Assembly (NCBI RefSeq): GCF_963921235.1
Contig: NC_086097.1
Coordinates: 122,452,001-122,516,000 of the forward strand
Origin: Mobula hypostoma
Taxonomy: Eukaryota
Length of the DNA stretch: 64,000 bases
Direction: 5' to 3'
Below, one piece after another: positions 63,101-64,000 of the stretch (its first letter is position 1; every line of letters starts with the position of its first letter). Under the pieces are notes generated by a model. That model was given only the letters and a program-made list of their open reading frames with translations. It had not been told where the DNA came from and ran no database searches. Made by a program: the position numbers and the translations under genes.

Positions 63101-64000
63101 AGCTCAAGCTGGTAAAGCCTGAGATACGGGCATAGCCAAGCATGCTCGTTTCTCAATTGCTAGGAACATTCAAGCTATTCTAGTGGTGTTTACTATTGTG
63201 GCTTTCTGAAGATGTACATAAATACTGCTCCATATAGGCCTCATTGTTTAATGCTAATGTGTAGTAAATTTAGCCTGATATCAGTTGGGGAAATGTGTAC
63301 CTTGTTCATACCCCACAGTCTTTCAATTCCTTTTTTAATTCAGTATATTGCTGTTGTTTTTCACTTATTGATTTCTGTATGCTATGTGTGTTTGGAATGG
63401 GTATATCTAGTAAGTAGGTTGTTCTTGCTTGTTTATCCTGTAATTTTATATTTGGACGGTTATTATGGATTGTCCTATCTGTAATAATGGATCAGTCATA
63501 ACACAGTTTGTAGGACTCTGACTCTAAATCTGGATCAGTCTTGTATTTATAGTAAAGTATAATGATTTCATGAGTTTGTATTTTAAAGCAAGATTTTGGT
63601 GAATGATGTTTGCCACTTGATAGTGCCTGTGTGAGTAATCAGATTCAGTTAAACTACTGCAGTAGATTATTGTGTCTTTTGTATTTGCAGTTTAACTCCT
63701 TTTGCACATTGGTTGTTTGTAAGTCTTGATGTGTAATTTTTCATTGATCCTATTGTAGTTCTTTCTGTGAATGCCTGCAAGAAAATGAATCTCAGGGCAG
63801 TAAATGATGACACATACATATACGTACCTTGATAATAAATTTACTTTGAACTTCAAGGTACTAAATTCACTTACATGTGCTGTGGTTGGCCACTGAGTAA
63901 TGGCTATTGCTGGATCTCCCTGATCCATTTGCTGTCATCTCACTGGCAGACCTCATAAGGAAGTTCTTAACATCTATTTTATACTAAAATCTTACTTGGA

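Overview
This is eukaryotic, repeat-dense vertebrate DNA. The mix of CR1/HER1-type LINEs, V-domain SINEs, Rex1/Babar LINEs and Penelope-derived repeats suggests a cartilaginous fish, probably a ray (inference). One host gene is recognisable: the 66-nt first coding exon of DOK6 (minus strand, 24636-24701, [22 protein letters not shown] followed by a GTGAGT donor), in a CpG-enriched promoter region. Everything to its left is intron 1 (exon 2 was not found), and everything to its right is upstream intergenic DNA. Nearly all other ORFs in the track are retroelement fragments or noise. Main observations: (1) an abundant Penelope-derived repeat whose consensus folds as a minimal type I hammerhead ribozyme, with CpGs best preserved in copies near the DOK6 promoter; (2) an L1-clade insertion with a twin-priming 5' inversion and a perfect 17-bp TSD; (3) a Tc1 derivative ending in a TIR-TIR mini-hairpin; (4) a deeply nested retroelement stack; (5) a young tRNA-SINE with a 16-bp TSD, and a SINE with a related head but an RTE/Bov-B-like tail; (6) a locally templated ~110-bp insertion; (7) a possible alternative first exon of DOK6. 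Coordinates of old repeats are approximate and were read by eye. No searches were run.
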